From positions 530,230-594,229 of the forward strand of contig OZ246403.1 of the NCBI GenBank assembly GCA_965230925.1: a stretch of DNA of 64,000 nucleotides, read 5' to 3'. The translations under genes and the position numbers were made by a program. The stretch comes from an uncultured Candidatus Saccharibacteria bacterium (GTDB lineage Bacteria; Patescibacteriota; Minisyncoccia; Phycocordibacterales; JACOZG01). This document shows positions 53,036 through 62,779 of the stretch, in pieces (within the stretch, counting starts at the first letter, position 1; every line of letters begins with the position of its first letter). The notes under the pieces are model-generated. The model worked only from the letters and a program-made list of their open reading frames with translations, did no database searches and was not told where the DNA came from.

Positions 53036-53758
53036 TTAGGTTACAAGGAACTGTGGTCGGAACCTAAGGTTTCTTCTGAGTCCGGCGGTAATAAGATTCA
53101 CCTTCCGTTTTGGGTATGACGGGTGGCGAAAGTTAAGCGGGATCTCCTCTTGGATGACCTGCCATCTTCTTCTCGACAGGCGGAGTTCGTTGAAGATTTT
53201 GCCAGTCTTGAGGCTTCTGAGATCTGCCTTGCTTATTACTACCGCTTTTTCGTCTGGTCGACAAGCGAACACCCCGGTTTTAAGGTGCCCGTTTTTAGAC
53301 AGGGCCACCATCAGTTCAATGTCGAACAGATAAACTTCGGTGGTATTAAAGTAGAGCATTGTGCGGATTTCCTGCTCTGATCTACACCTGGCCATCTCGG
53401 TTTTTGATGGCTTGTTGCCAAACGCTCTTGTTCTTCGGTTGGTGTAAACATACACCAGGTAAAACACTTGATGGTAAGGAAATCCTCGAGCAAGTTCCGC
53501 ATGGCGATTGATTTGATACAAAGCAAATCTCAAGACGCTTACCGTGTTTCTTCCCTTCACGTCTACTCCCGTTCTGTTCGACACCACCATGTCGACGTCC
53601 CCGTAGTCGCTCTCAACAGCTTCTGCGTCTAGAGCTTTAAGAGACAGGTGTTCGTAAAATCTCCTTACTGTTTCTAGTTTTGAAGGACTGCCTGGTCCAC
53701 TGAGACCAGCAACGGTTCGCATCCAGCGTCTTCCTGCCGGACTATATTTTTTTTCCAA
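53036..53758 (-). CDS. Basic hypothetical protein, possible PD-(D/E)xK nuclease fold
   Basis: TTG start with strong AAGGAGGTGA SD; E..R..DVD..VDVK motif; lies between two tRNA genes. Confidence 0.55.
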   Translation of the reverse strand: MEKKYSPAGRRWMRTVAGLSGPGSPSKLETVRRFYEHLSLKALDAEAVESDYGDVDMVVSNRTGVDVKGRNTVSVLRFALYQINRHAELARGFPYHQVFYLVYVYTNRRTRAFGNKPSKTEMARCRSEQEIRTMLYFNTTEVYLFDIELMVALSKNGHLKTGVFACRPDEKAVVISKADLRSLKTGKIFNELRLSRRRWQVIQEEIPLNFRHPSYPKRKVNLITAGLRRNLRFRPQFLVT

Positions 53759-53851
53759 GGTTCTTCACCTCCTTCCTTTCTGTTCCCCAAGATACCATGC
53801 CCGCGAGCTTTTGAAAATTGATCCGAAGTGCTAGGATCAGGGTTGTTTTTT

Positions 53852-53938
53852 GGAGGCGTGGCAGAGAGGTCTAACGCGCCGCACTCGAAATGCGGTTGGG
53901 GGGCAACCCCCTCGGAGGTTCGAATCCTCCCGCCTCCG
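53852..53938 (+). tRNA. tRNA-Ser (CGA)
   Basis: GGAGGCG/CGCCTCC acceptor, G discriminator, CCGCA-CTCGAAA-TGCGG, long variable arm. Confidence 0.93.
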
Positions 53939-54053
53939 TCTTCGCCACGACGTAGCTTTAGCAAAGTCGGGCTTTAAACCTATTTTGTGGCTACGACGTG
54001 ACACGGTCCGTTGGGTAGCGAAAAGTAGAAGTTTTTGGTAGATTTACTACACT

Positions 54054-54125
54054 GCGCGCTTAGCTCAGTGGTAGAGCATCTCATTGACGTTGAGAGGGCC
54101 GGGGGTTCAAATCCCTCAGCGCGCA
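54054..54125 (+). tRNA. tRNA-Val (GAC)
   Basis: GCGCGCT/AGCGCGC acceptor; TCTCA-TTGACGT-TGAGA; GGTTCAAATCC. Confidence 0.92.
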
Positions 54126-54151
54126 CCGTTCGATTCCACTCACGGTAAACC

Positions 54152-55081
54152 TTATTTTCCCGTGTGTAAGTAAACGTAAATATCTTCGAGCGCTTTAATG
54201 GCGTCGCCCGCGGCGATATTGTTTTGGTGGTAGAGACCATCAGCGCAGTCGCCCGCGGCCCAGATACCGGCCGTGGTGGCCCGCTGATTCTTAGGGTCAA
54301 CAACGACGGAGCCATAAGGATTAAGCGTGGTAACCTCTTTGAGGAATTCTGTGGTCGGTGTGAAGCCGATCTCGACGAAGACGCCACCAGTTGCGAGCTC
54401 ATGATTCTCACCGGTAATTTTATCTTTATAAACCAGCGCGGTGACAAATTTATCACCCTTCACTTCCACGGTTTCGGCGTTTTTAATCGCTTTCATTTTA
54501 GGATTGGCGAGGACTTTCTCGACAGTAATTGGATCAGCCTTGAACTCGGCGCTGTGATGAATCATGGTGACGGAATTGGTGTAGGCGAGGAGTTGGAGTG
54601 CGGTCTCGAAGCCGGCATTGCCGCCGCCAATCACGACGACGTTGCGACCAGAGAAGAGTGGTCCATCACAGGTAGCGCAATAAGTAATTCCTTTTTGTTC
54701 AAACGTGTCGGCGCCAGGCACGGTGAGTTTGCGGCGATGAGCGCCGGTGGTGACGAGAACGGTCTTGGCTTCGAAGGTGTCGCCATTATCAGCGGTGACG
54801 AGGAAATTGCCGTCTTTTTTCTCAACCTTGGCCACCTTGAGACTCGTTTTGATTTCTAAACTCTCGCCTTGATGGGCGTACAAATGATCTTTAAGCGCTG
54901 TGGCCAGGTCTTCGCCCGAAATTGCTTTTGTGCCGACCCAGTTCTCGATACTCGGCGAGACAATGCTCTGACCGCCGAAGTCGTAGGTTATTAAAACGGT
55001 TTTAATTTTCTTCCGCGCGGCATAAATACCAGCCGCCACGCCCGCAGGTCCACCACCTAAAATGGCTAAATCATAAATCAT
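54152..55081 (-). CDS. trxB: Thioredoxin reductase / AhpF-like FAD-dependent oxidoreductase
   Basis: GGGPAG, YCATCDGPLF, GGGNAG, AAGDC. Confidence 0.9.
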   Translation of the reverse strand: MIYDLAILGGGPAGVAAGIYAARKKIKTVLITYDFGGQSIVSPSIENWVGTKAISGEDLATALKDHLYAHQGESLEIKTSLKVAKVEKKDGNFLVTADNGDTFEAKTVLVTTGAHRRKLTVPGADTFEQKGITYCATCDGPLFSGRNVVVIGGGNAGFETALQLLAYTNSVTMIHHSAEFKADPITVEKVLANPKMKAIKNAETVEVKGDKFVTALVYKDKITGENHELATGGVFVEIGFTPTTEFLKEVTTLNPYGSVVVDPKNQRATTAGIWAAGDCADGLYHQNNIAAGDAIKALEDIYVYLHTGK

Positions 55082-55093
55082 CGGCCTATTGTA

Positions 55094-56302
55094 CTATTTA
55101 TTTTTCGGTCGACGCAAGAAAGCGGGAATCGATGACCAGTCATCCTCATCTTCTTCTGTTACATTATTTTCGCGTGGCGGTGGGAAGATTCTTCCAGCTG
55201 GCGGCTTGCTCGTTAGAGAATCAATTTTCTTGATTCCCGCTGGTGCTTTAAGACCAAAGTCAGGTGTTGCCGAGGGGGGTTCTGTGGGAGTTGAAGGGGT
55301 TTCTGGTTTTGTCTCACCGAAGGAGGCCATGGGTCGTTTGCGCGAATTTTCGGGGAAGCCGGTGGCGATAACGGTTACTCGGATTTCGTTTTTCGCTAAT
55401 TTATCGCTATGAATGGCGCCGAAAATAATTTTGGCATTTGGATCGACTGATTCCGTAATTACCTTGGCCGATTCTTGAATTTCAAACATCGTCATGTCGC
55501 TACCGCCGGCAATGGCGAAGAGGACACCCTTAGCCCCGTCAATCGAGAGATCAAGGAGCGGAGAATTAATCGCGGCCTTGGCGGCTTCTACCGCCCGATT
55601 GTCTCCCGCCGCGGAGCCAATACCCATGAGGGCCGACCCAGCATTGGCCATAATCGAGCGAATGTCGGCGAAGTCAACGTTGATGATGCCCGGCGTGGTA
55701 ATGAGGTCGGAAAGCCCTTCTACGGCTTGGCGCAAGACCTCATCACAAATAGCGAAGGCTGAGAGACAGGTGGTAGTTTTATCAATAATTCCGAGGAGGC
55801 GGTCGTTTGGAATCACCACAATGGCATCAACTTCTTTGCGCAATTCTTCAATCCCTTTCTCGGCAATTTGCATCCTTTGATTGCCTTCGAAGAAAAAGGG
55901 TTTGGTAACAATGGCGATAGTGAGAATTCCTTGGTCTTTGGCTGTCTTGGCTACGAAGGGAGCGGCGCCGGTGCAACTGCCACCACCCTCACCACCAGCA
56001 ATGAAGATCATGTCGGCACCCTTAATCATGGTCTGAATTTCTTCAGCCGTTTCTTCTGCGGCTTTGCGACCGAGTTCCGGGTTCATGCCGGTGCCAAGAC
56101 CGCGAGTTAGGGTTTTCCCGATATGGATTTTTTTCTTAGCGAGTGAGTGGTGGAGATGTTGAGCGTCAGTATTGATGGCGATAAAATCAACCCCTTTGAC
56201 ATTACTTTTGACCATGTGGTTGACGGCATTGGTGCCGGAGCCACCCACTCCCAGAACTTTAATCCGGGCAAAAGTCTCAATTTCCGGGTTGATTTTTGGC
56301 AT
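55094..56302 (-). CDS. ftsZ: Cell division protein FtsZ
   Basis: IKVLGVGGSGTNAV, INTDAQ, GEGGGSCTG tubulin loop, INVDFAD, IPAFLRR tail. Confidence 0.98.
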   Translation of the reverse strand: MPKINPEIETFARIKVLGVGGSGTNAVNHMVKSNVKGVDFIAINTDAQHLHHSLAKKKIHIGKTLTRGLGTGMNPELGRKAAEETAEEIQTMIKGADMIFIAGGEGGGSCTGAAPFVAKTAKDQGILTIAIVTKPFFFEGNQRMQIAEKGIEELRKEVDAIVVIPNDRLLGIIDKTTTCLSAFAICDEVLRQAVEGLSDLITTPGIINVDFADIRSIMANAGSALMGIGSAAGDNRAVEAAKAAINSPLLDLSIDGAKGVLFAIAGGSDMTMFEIQESAKVITESVDPNAKIIFGAIHSDKLAKNEIRVTVIATGFPENSRKRPMASFGETKPETPSTPTEPPSATPDFGLKAPAGIKKIDSLTSKPPAGRIFPPPRENNVTEEDEDDWSSIPAFLRRPKNK

Positions 56303-56350
56303 AGATCGCCACTACATTACCAGCAAAGCATAGGGAGCGCAAACGCCGTT

Positions 56351-57511
56351 TTAAGGCCAAAGTTCTTTGACCCAACGGAAGAAACGATGTTTAGTTCGGT
56401 GAATCATTTTGAGGCCAAAACTGTCTTCATTTTCACCCCCAGAGCCGAAGAGGGCAAGGCCGTAAGCCACAATTGCGCCAGCGTCTTTAATCGGTAATTG
56501 TTGAGTGTCGGGATTGATGTTGAGCACGCGCGCAGGCAAACGCAGAGCATCTTTAGCGAGTTTTTCAATTCCTTCGAGTCCAGAACCACCGCCGGTAAGA
56601 ATGACGCCCGCTGGGAGTAAACCGTTTCGCCCTAACTTTTTTAATTGACCTTCAATCAGCTCAAACATATCTGAAAGTCTGGCTTCCACAATTTCATCAA
56701 GTTTCTTTTTAGCTACCAACATTGGCTCGATACCAAGCTTCACCTTTTCTGCTTCTTCTGGAGGTAAGCGTAAACCGAGGGCAATGTCATTGGTAATATC
56801 GGTGGAGCCAAGAGGGAAAATTTGGAGAGCAATTGGTAGACCGTCTTCGAAGACAGCGATTGAGGTAGTTTGAGAACCGATATTAACGAGAATAGCACCG
56901 ACGGCTTTCTGATTGGGTGTGAGCGCCGCGAGTCCGGCGGCGAGTGGTGCCGCGATAATATCTTCAACAGTGAGGCCGGCTTGCTCCACCACCTTCACTA
57001 GATTGTTCAAAGGCTGGGTAAGATAGGTAACGAAAAAAGTTTTTACCTCGAGCTTGGTACCCTTCATGCCCTCTGGGCGGCCAATCACGCGCTCACCATC
57101 GAGTTTAAAAGCGAGGGGAATGGTATGAATGATGCGGCGATTACTGAGGTCGGTGAGGGAGAGTTCGCTGGCTTCAATCACGCGGGTTACATCGCCCTCG
57201 GTAATCTCGAGATCAGCTCGCGAGACAATAATTTGCCCTTCGCCAATTTTACCCGCGAGTGGTACGCCGCCGAGGCCGAGGACTACGCTCCTGAGGCTTA
57301 CTTTCACAATTTTTTCCGCTTCCGCAATGGCAGCGCGAATACTTTCAGCCGCTTCGTCGAAGTTTACAACGTAACCTCGCTTGAGGCCGCGACTCTCTTT
57401 TTTAACCAAGGCTAACACCCGCGGCAGTTTATTACCTTTAAGGTTTTCGCACACCGCGACCCTGATGAAAGCGGTGCCAATGTCCAGGCCAACAATTAAA
57501 TTGCCGCGCAT
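56351..57511 (-). CDS. ftsA: Cell division protein FtsA
   Basis: VGLDIGT, ITNDIA.GL, LTGGGS, C-terminal amphipathic helix. Confidence 0.95.
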   Translation of the reverse strand: MRGNLIVGLDIGTAFIRVAVCENLKGNKLPRVLALVKKESRGLKRGYVVNFDEAAESIRAAIAEAEKIVKVSLRSVVLGLGGVPLAGKIGEGQIIVSRADLEITEGDVTRVIEASELSLTDLSNRRIIHTIPLAFKLDGERVIGRPEGMKGTKLEVKTFFVTYLTQPLNNLVKVVEQAGLTVEDIIAAPLAAGLAALTPNQKAVGAILVNIGSQTTSIAVFEDGLPIALQIFPLGSTDITNDIALGLRLPPEEAEKVKLGIEPMLVAKKKLDEIVEARLSDMFELIEGQLKKLGRNGLLPAGVILTGGGSGLEGIEKLAKDALRLPARVLNINPDTQQLPIKDAGAIVAYGLALFGSGGENEDSFGLKMIHRTKHRFFRWVKELWP

Positions 57512-57833
57512 ACTTTTTTTCAGCGACCTCCATTCTACTACCGTGGTCGAGCCCTTTCAAATGAAGCAAACCGTGGATAAAAAGAAAACCGAGACCCCAT
57601 GAGGCACCGCGGTGAGGATTAAGGAAAATTTCTCCGGTTGTTTTTGAAAGCGGAAAACTCAAAACATTGGCTGATTTGTCTTTACCGCGGTGAAGGCGAT
57701 TGAGGGTTCGTGATCGTCGATCGCCGACAAAGACGAGGCTCAATTCATACTTTTTACCAAGAATTTTGTCCTTAGCCTTTTGCCAAGGAAAAGAAAGGGG
57801 TTTTGTTTTTGTAAAATTCCGGACGGCTAACAA
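57438..57833 (-). CDS. ybeY: rRNA maturation RNase YbeY
   Basis: LNR..RGKD..NVLSFP, GEIFL, HGLLHLKGLDH; probable TTG start at 57833 (uncertain). Confidence 0.88.
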   Translation of the reverse strand: MLAVRNFTKTKPLSFPWQKAKDKILGKKYELSLVFVGDRRSRTLNRLHRGKDKSANVLSFPLSKTTGEIFLNPHRGASWGLGFLFIHGLLHLKGLDHGSRMEVAEKKYARQFNCWPGHWHRFHQGRGVRKP

Positions 57834-57834
57834 A

Positions 57835-58053
57835 CTAGATTTTCCCAAGCTTTTTGAGACGTTCATTGGCTTGACGGCGGTCGAGGCGCACCAGAGCTGC
57901 TTTTTTACGTTTGAAGTAGGACTGCGTTCGTTCTTGGAAGCGGCCCGCCTTTACCTTGCGAATAAGACCAGAACCTTGGACGCGTTTAGAGAAGCGTCGC
58001 AACAGGCTCGACGTTGATTCATTGGCTTGGCGATTGACGATAATGGTAGCCAT
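57835..58053 (-). CDS. rpsU: 30S ribosomal protein bS21
   Basis: NES..SLLRRFSKRV..SG; small basic protein. Confidence 0.8.
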   Translation of the reverse strand: MATIIVNRQANESTSSLLRRFSKRVQGSGLIRKVKAGRFQERTQSYFKRKKAALVRLDRRQANERLKKLGKI

Positions 58054-58090
58054 ATTTTTTGAGTGACTTTAGGCTAACACAAAAGCTTTT

Positions 58091-59182
58091 TTAGGGCAAT
58101 GGGGTAAGGAGAACTGCCCGGGTTTGGCCAAGATACTGGCCCCAACCAACAATAGACCCAGAGTTATTAATTGCTCGCGCGGCCTCGATTTTCCAATGAG
58201 TACCTGGTTCAATTAAATCATTCAAATCTTGCATTACCCCGTTTTCATAAATGAAAGCGCGCGGACCGGTAATGGTTTTCACCTGACCCACAATTTTTCC
58301 GTCATTGTTAATGTCGTAAGCCACACTGCCTTCGCTGCCCCGACCGAGATCACCGAGTAAGGTGGCTGCTGCCCAGTTATGGTGAGAAGTCTCGGTCCAG
58401 AGGGCTGCTTGTTTGGGTGTGCCAATTGTGCCAACCATGGTGTGGGTGTTATTGATGGCATAAACCGTAGCTGGAACACTGGTGGTGAAGGGAAGCGGCA
58501 GCCACTGGCCGGCTAAATTGCGCCAGGCTTCACCTCGGATAATTCCAGTACTACCGGTTGGCAATTTTCGATTGCCAACTGCCACGACACCGCTCGGATC
58601 AAGGTCATAGGCTTGCGTTTGATGACAGGCTTTGCAGAAATTTAGGTCGAGCGGTAAGCCGCCCTCGTTGAGCCAAATGGTGGCGCTTGGAATAATCCCA
58701 CCCTGATGAGAGAACGGGGACCAACCAAGCGCTTGACCACTCTCGCCCATACCGAGCACCTCGCTCCACTGGTCAGCGCCGAAGGTACCGGCGTAATTGG
58801 GGTTAAGAGTACGCGTGATGACCCAACCAGCACCGGTGTTTTGCCAGACCACACCGCGCGTATTGCGTCCCACCGTATCACTCATAAGTTCTGAATTGCC
58901 GGCAATCGTGCCACTCGCATCAATCGCCACACCCTCACTCATATTTGAATCAGGGAGAGGAGGCAGTATTTCTAAATTGCCGTTTTCCCAGGCAAAGCCG
59001 CGGCGAGAACCATCTTCGAGTTTGAGCCAGCCGGTAACTTGCCCGGCATCATTAATGTCATAAGCCTGGGCTTCGCCATCAAAGTGGCCGAGACTGGTGA
59101 TGGTGTATTGCGCCTCACCACGCGCGGCAGTGAAAGTTACCAAGCCGAGCGTCAGGATGAAGATGGCAAGAAATTGTTTCAC
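58091..59182 (-). CDS. Secreted HAF-family extracellular repeat protein
   Basis: Signal peptide; YTITSLG, AYDINDAGQVTG, RAFIYENGVMQDLNDLI, ARAINNSGSIVG. Confidence 0.85.
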   Translation of the reverse strand: MKQFLAIFILTLGLVTFTAARGEAQYTITSLGHFDGEAQAYDINDAGQVTGWLKLEDGSRRGFAWENGNLEILPPLPDSNMSEGVAIDASGTIAGNSELMSDTVGRNTRGVVWQNTGAGWVITRTLNPNYAGTFGADQWSEVLGMGESGQALGWSPFSHQGGIIPSATIWLNEGGLPLDLNFCKACHQTQAYDLDPSGVVAVGNRKLPTGSTGIIRGEAWRNLAGQWLPLPFTTSVPATVYAINNTHTMVGTIGTPKQAALWTETSHHNWAAATLLGDLGRGSEGSVAYDINNDGKIVGQVKTITGPRAFIYENGVMQDLNDLIEPGTHWKIEAARAINNSGSIVGWGQYLGQTRAVLLTPLP

Positions 59183-60468
59183 TTTAAGCCCTTGAGATAC
59201 TCACCAAGTTTAGCGATTTTTACCGTGTCTTGTGAGCGAGTGGTGAGATTTCTCACAATCACCGACTCTTCGATTGCTTCTTTTTGACCAAGAATAATGG
59301 CATAGGGAACTTGCAGTTTTTCGGCGAGGGCGAGTTGGGTGCCGAGCGAGTCTTTTGGTAATGATTGAGCCAGGGGAATTTTTGCTTTGCGCAGAATCTC
59401 GATTACCGCGAGGCTTTTGAGTTTGGCCTCATAACTGAGTTGGATGAAGAAGACTTTAGGCTTTTTTACAATGCGCGGACTAAGTTGGTGAATATCGGGA
59501 AGGAGGAGAATCCGATCAAGACCAATACCTACACCAGCAGCTGGAACATCGCGGCGGGAACCAAGCGCCTTGGCTAAGTAATCATAGCGACCGCCACCGC
59601 CAAGCGATAAACCGGCACCAGTTTCATCCACTTTCACAAACTCAAAGACAGTGCGGGAATAATAATCAAGACCACGAACCAGGCTGTTATCAATTTCGTA
59701 GGTGATATTGAGGGCTTCTAGGTATTCGAGCACTTCGCGGAAATGCGCTTTGCAGGCTGGACACAAGGTGCTTACGGCTGACGGGGCTTCTGCTTTAATT
59801 GCTTGGCATTTTGGTTCTTTGCAATCGAGAAGACGTAGAGGGTTTGTTTTGAAGCGCTCGCGACAATCGGGGCAAACTTCTTTTAGGTGTTTCTTGTAGT
59901 AATTAATCAGTTCGCGACGATAAGTCGGTCGGCATTCTTTGTCACCCAGACTATTAATTTTTACCGTCAGATCTTTTACCCCCGCCTCCTCGAAGATGAG
60001 TGTAGAAATTTTGATAATCGTGGCATCGGCAATGCTTTTACTCGTGCCAATTACCTCCAAGCCAAATTGATAAAATTGGCGATAGCGGCCCTTCTGCGGA
60101 TTGTCATGACGGAAATAAGGACCATGATAATAGAGCATTACCGGTTGCGGCTGGGCTTGCATACCGTTTTCGAAATAGGCGCGCATGACCGGCGCCGTGC
60201 CCTCTGGCCGCAGAGCGAGCTTGTCGCCACCCTTGGTGCGGAGGGTATAAATTTCTTTCTGAACAATATCGGTGTCGGTGCCTACGCCCGAGGTAAACAA
60301 GTTTTCAAATTCGAGCACTGGTGTCTCGATTGGCGTGAAGCCGTAGTAATGAGCAATTTCGGCGGCTTTCTCAATTAGGCCTTGATAGGCATAGCAAGTG
60401 GGGCCAATGAGATCGCGCATCCCCTTCGGTAGTCGCAACAAGTCAGACTCGGTTCCTTTTTTGGTCAT
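59179..60468 (-). CDS. hisS: Histidine--tRNA ligase
   Basis: PKGMRD, LRPEGTA, PQKGRYRQFYQ, LVRGLDYY, GGGRYD. Confidence 0.97.
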   Translation of the reverse strand: MTKKGTESDLLRLPKGMRDLIGPTCYAYQGLIEKAAEIAHYYGFTPIETPVLEFENLFTSGVGTDTDIVQKEIYTLRTKGGDKLALRPEGTAPVMRAYFENGMQAQPQPVMLYYHGPYFRHDNPQKGRYRQFYQFGLEVIGTSKSIADATIIKISTLIFEEAGVKDLTVKINSLGDKECRPTYRRELINYYKKHLKEVCPDCRERFKTNPLRLLDCKEPKCQAIKAEAPSAVSTLCPACKAHFREVLEYLEALNITYEIDNSLVRGLDYYSRTVFEFVKVDETGAGLSLGGGGRYDYLAKALGSRRDVPAAGVGIGLDRILLLPDIHQLSPRIVKKPKVFFIQLSYEAKLKSLAVIEILRKAKIPLAQSLPKDSLGTQLALAEKLQVPYAIILGQKEAIEESVIVRNLTTRSQDTVKIAKLGEYLKGLK

Positions 60469-60470
60469 AA

Positions 60471-60941
60471 TTAATTATTTTTTCCTGGCAGCCAGGCAAG
60501 TTCGGAAATTGGGAAGAGGCGCAAGAGAACACGCCCAGTGATCAGCTTGTCGGGTACTGGACCCCAAGCGCGCGAGTCGAGACTCTGTGGGCGATTGTCA
60601 CCGAGAACATAATATTCACCCTCTTCGAGTATGCGCTTCCCTTCAGGTAACTCAACTTCGTCGCCTGGCAGACCCTCAATGCGCTTGATGAAGAACTTGG
60701 TTTCGTCTTTTGGATAACGGAAAACGACCACTTCTCCGCGTTCTGGTTCTCGGAAATGGTAGGATAGTTCATCCACAATGAGGTATTGGCCATTTTGGAA
60801 GGTGGGCACCATTGACTCTCCGGCAACGATGAAGGGTTGAGCCACATAAGTTCGAACGGGGACGACGATTACGAGAGTTACAATCACAAACTTAAGGATT
60901 TCCCACGCTCCCTGCTTGAATTTATCCATAATTTTTGGCAT
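60471..60941 (-). CDS. lepB: Signal peptidase I
   Basis: QPFIV.GESMVPTF, FIKR, LGDNR..S.DSR.WG; start may be 60929. Confidence 0.94.
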   Translation of the reverse strand: MPKIMDKFKQGAWEILKFVIVTLVIVVPVRTYVAQPFIVAGESMVPTFQNGQYLIVDELSYHFREPERGEVVVFRYPKDETKFFIKRIEGLPGDEVELPEGKRILEEGEYYVLGDNRPQSLDSRAWGPVPDKLITGRVLLRLFPISELAWLPGKNN

Positions 60942-60976
60942 TTTATTACAAAAGTCGATATAGTACAAATCTACCT

Positions 60977-61579
60977 ATGGCAACATCGTTTATTATTGTG
61001 GGATTGGGGAACCCGGGAGAAGAATATGAGACCACGCGCCACAATACGGGGCGGATTTTACTCGATGCTTGGCGGAAGAAACACGATTTTCCTGACTGGG
61101 AAAAGGATAAAACACTCAATGCTCTGGTAAGTAAGGGGAAAGTGGGTAAACAACTCGTAACTTTGTGCCTACCTGAGACGATGATGAACAATTCTGGTAA
61201 AAGTGTGAAGTTGCTTTGCAAAACACCAAAAGAGGCAAAAAACCTTGTTGTTGTTTACGACGATCTCGATTTACCACTAGGCTCTTTACGAGTGAGTTTT
61301 AATCGTGGTTCGGGTGGGCATCATGGTGTGGAGTCAATTATTAAGGCCTTGAAAACACGGGAGTTTGCGCGTCTACGCGTGGGGATTAGCAAGGTTACAT
61401 CGGCGGGTAAGTCAAAGAAGGTATCAGCCGAGAAGGTGGTTGATTTTATTTTAGGTAAATTTAGCCCCGCGGAGCTCGCGGGGCTAAAGAAGGTGACCTC
61501 AAAGGTGGTAACTGGTCTCGACACCATTCTTGAGAAGGGTGTCGAATTGGCGATGAACGAGATTAACTCTTCTTTTTAG
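60977..61579 (+). CDS. pth: Peptidyl-tRNA hydrolase
   Basis: IVGLGNPG..Y..TRHN.G, MNNSG, YDDLDLPLG, GSGGHHG, RLRVGI. Confidence 0.96.
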   Translation: MATSFIIVGLGNPGEEYETTRHNTGRILLDAWRKKHDFPDWEKDKTLNALVSKGKVGKQLVTLCLPETMMNNSGKSVKLLCKTPKEAKNLVVVYDDLDLPLGSLRVSFNRGSGGHHGVESIIKALKTREFARLRVGISKVTSAGKSKKVSAEKVVDFILGKFSPAELAGLKKVTSKVVTGLDTILEKGVELAMNEINSSF

Positions 61580-62681
61580 CCTCAGGGTAAGAGAGAATGA
61601 GCTTTTGGCTCTTTGGGTCAAAGACTGAGATAACAAAATTGTAGCTTTTACCAAGGGCGAGTTGAGTGCGTAGCATTTCTTCGGTGCCAAATTCTGAAAC
61701 GTGGACAAGCCCGGCCACCCCTTCTTCAATTGAAGCCAAGGCACCATATTTATTGTATTTAATGATTACCCCTTTCACGGTGTCGCCCTTGTGATACTTC
61801 TGACCCGCTTCTTCCCAAGGGTTTTTCTTTAGCGCTTTGATCGAGAGTGAGACTTTATCATCCTTAATCTCAATAACTTTAGCTTTGATTTTATCGCCGA
61901 GGCGGAAGAAGTCGCGAGGGTTCTCTACCAGCGACCAAGCAATTTCCGAAATATGAACTAAACCCTCGAAGCCTTCCTCGAGTTTTACGAAAACGCCAAA
62001 ATCGACAATACCACTCACTTCACCCTCTACAGTATCGCCAAGATTATACTTAGCCACAATTTCCTTGCGGCTCTTATTGTTGACTACTTTCTCCGAGAAA
62101 ATTAGCTTTCCTTCCTTTGGATCAGCCCCAATGATAAAAACTTGCAACTTTTCTCCCACGAGCTTGCGGAGTTCCTCCACAATCTTATCGCGGTCACCAT
62201 CGGCCACTTTCGGATAATGTTCTGCCTTGAGTTGAGAAGTGGGGACGAAACCGTCGAGATTTTGCCAAGTGAGAATTAAACCACCTTTATTGGCGGCCTT
62301 TACTGGAAGATCAAAAACTTCTTTATTTTCAATGGCCCGACGAGCCTCACTCCAGACGAGGGCTTGCTTAGCTTCTTTGAGCGAGAGCTCAATATAGCCA
62401 TCTTCACCCTCACTTTCCGTTACCTTGGCGGTAACAATGTCACCAATGTTGATATCTTTAATTAGATCGCGGGCGTTTAAGTATTCCCGACCGAAGATTA
62501 GGCCGGTACCGAAGGGTGCCAAGTCGATAAATAGGGTCATCTTATCCTTGGCGATGACGGTGCCTTCCACCAAGGAGCCTGGGGCCGGCATCGCTGGCAT
62601 CGTTCGCAAGATTTCGTCCATCCACGAAGATGGCTCAGCTACTACCTCGGCATTTCCCTTCATTTCTTCCTTAATAATCAT
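61563..62681 (-). CDS. rpsA: 30S ribosomal protein bS1 (four S1 domains)
   Basis: ELSLK, NKGGL, FGVFV..EGLVHISE, GLVHVSE repeats. Confidence 0.9.
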   Translation of the reverse strand: MIIKEEMKGNAEVVAEPSSWMDEILRTMPAMPAPGSLVEGTVIAKDKMTLFIDLAPFGTGLIFGREYLNARDLIKDINIGDIVTAKVTESEGEDGYIELSLKEAKQALVWSEARRAIENKEVFDLPVKAANKGGLILTWQNLDGFVPTSQLKAEHYPKVADGDRDKIVEELRKLVGEKLQVFIIGADPKEGKLIFSEKVVNNKSRKEIVAKYNLGDTVEGEVSGIVDFGVFVKLEEGFEGLVHISEIAWSLVENPRDFFRLGDKIKAKVIEIKDDKVSLSIKALKKNPWEEAGQKYHKGDTVKGVIIKYNKYGALASIEEGVAGLVHVSEFGTEEMLRTQLALGKSYNFVISVFDPKSQKLILSYPEAKKKS

Positions 62682-62779
62682 AGTGGGGTAATTATAGCGA
62701 AGAAGCTCTCTTTGGCAAGGCTGGAGGGTAAAAAGGGTCTAGCGCTGAGGCTTATTTTCTGCTAAACTAGGGGCATAAA

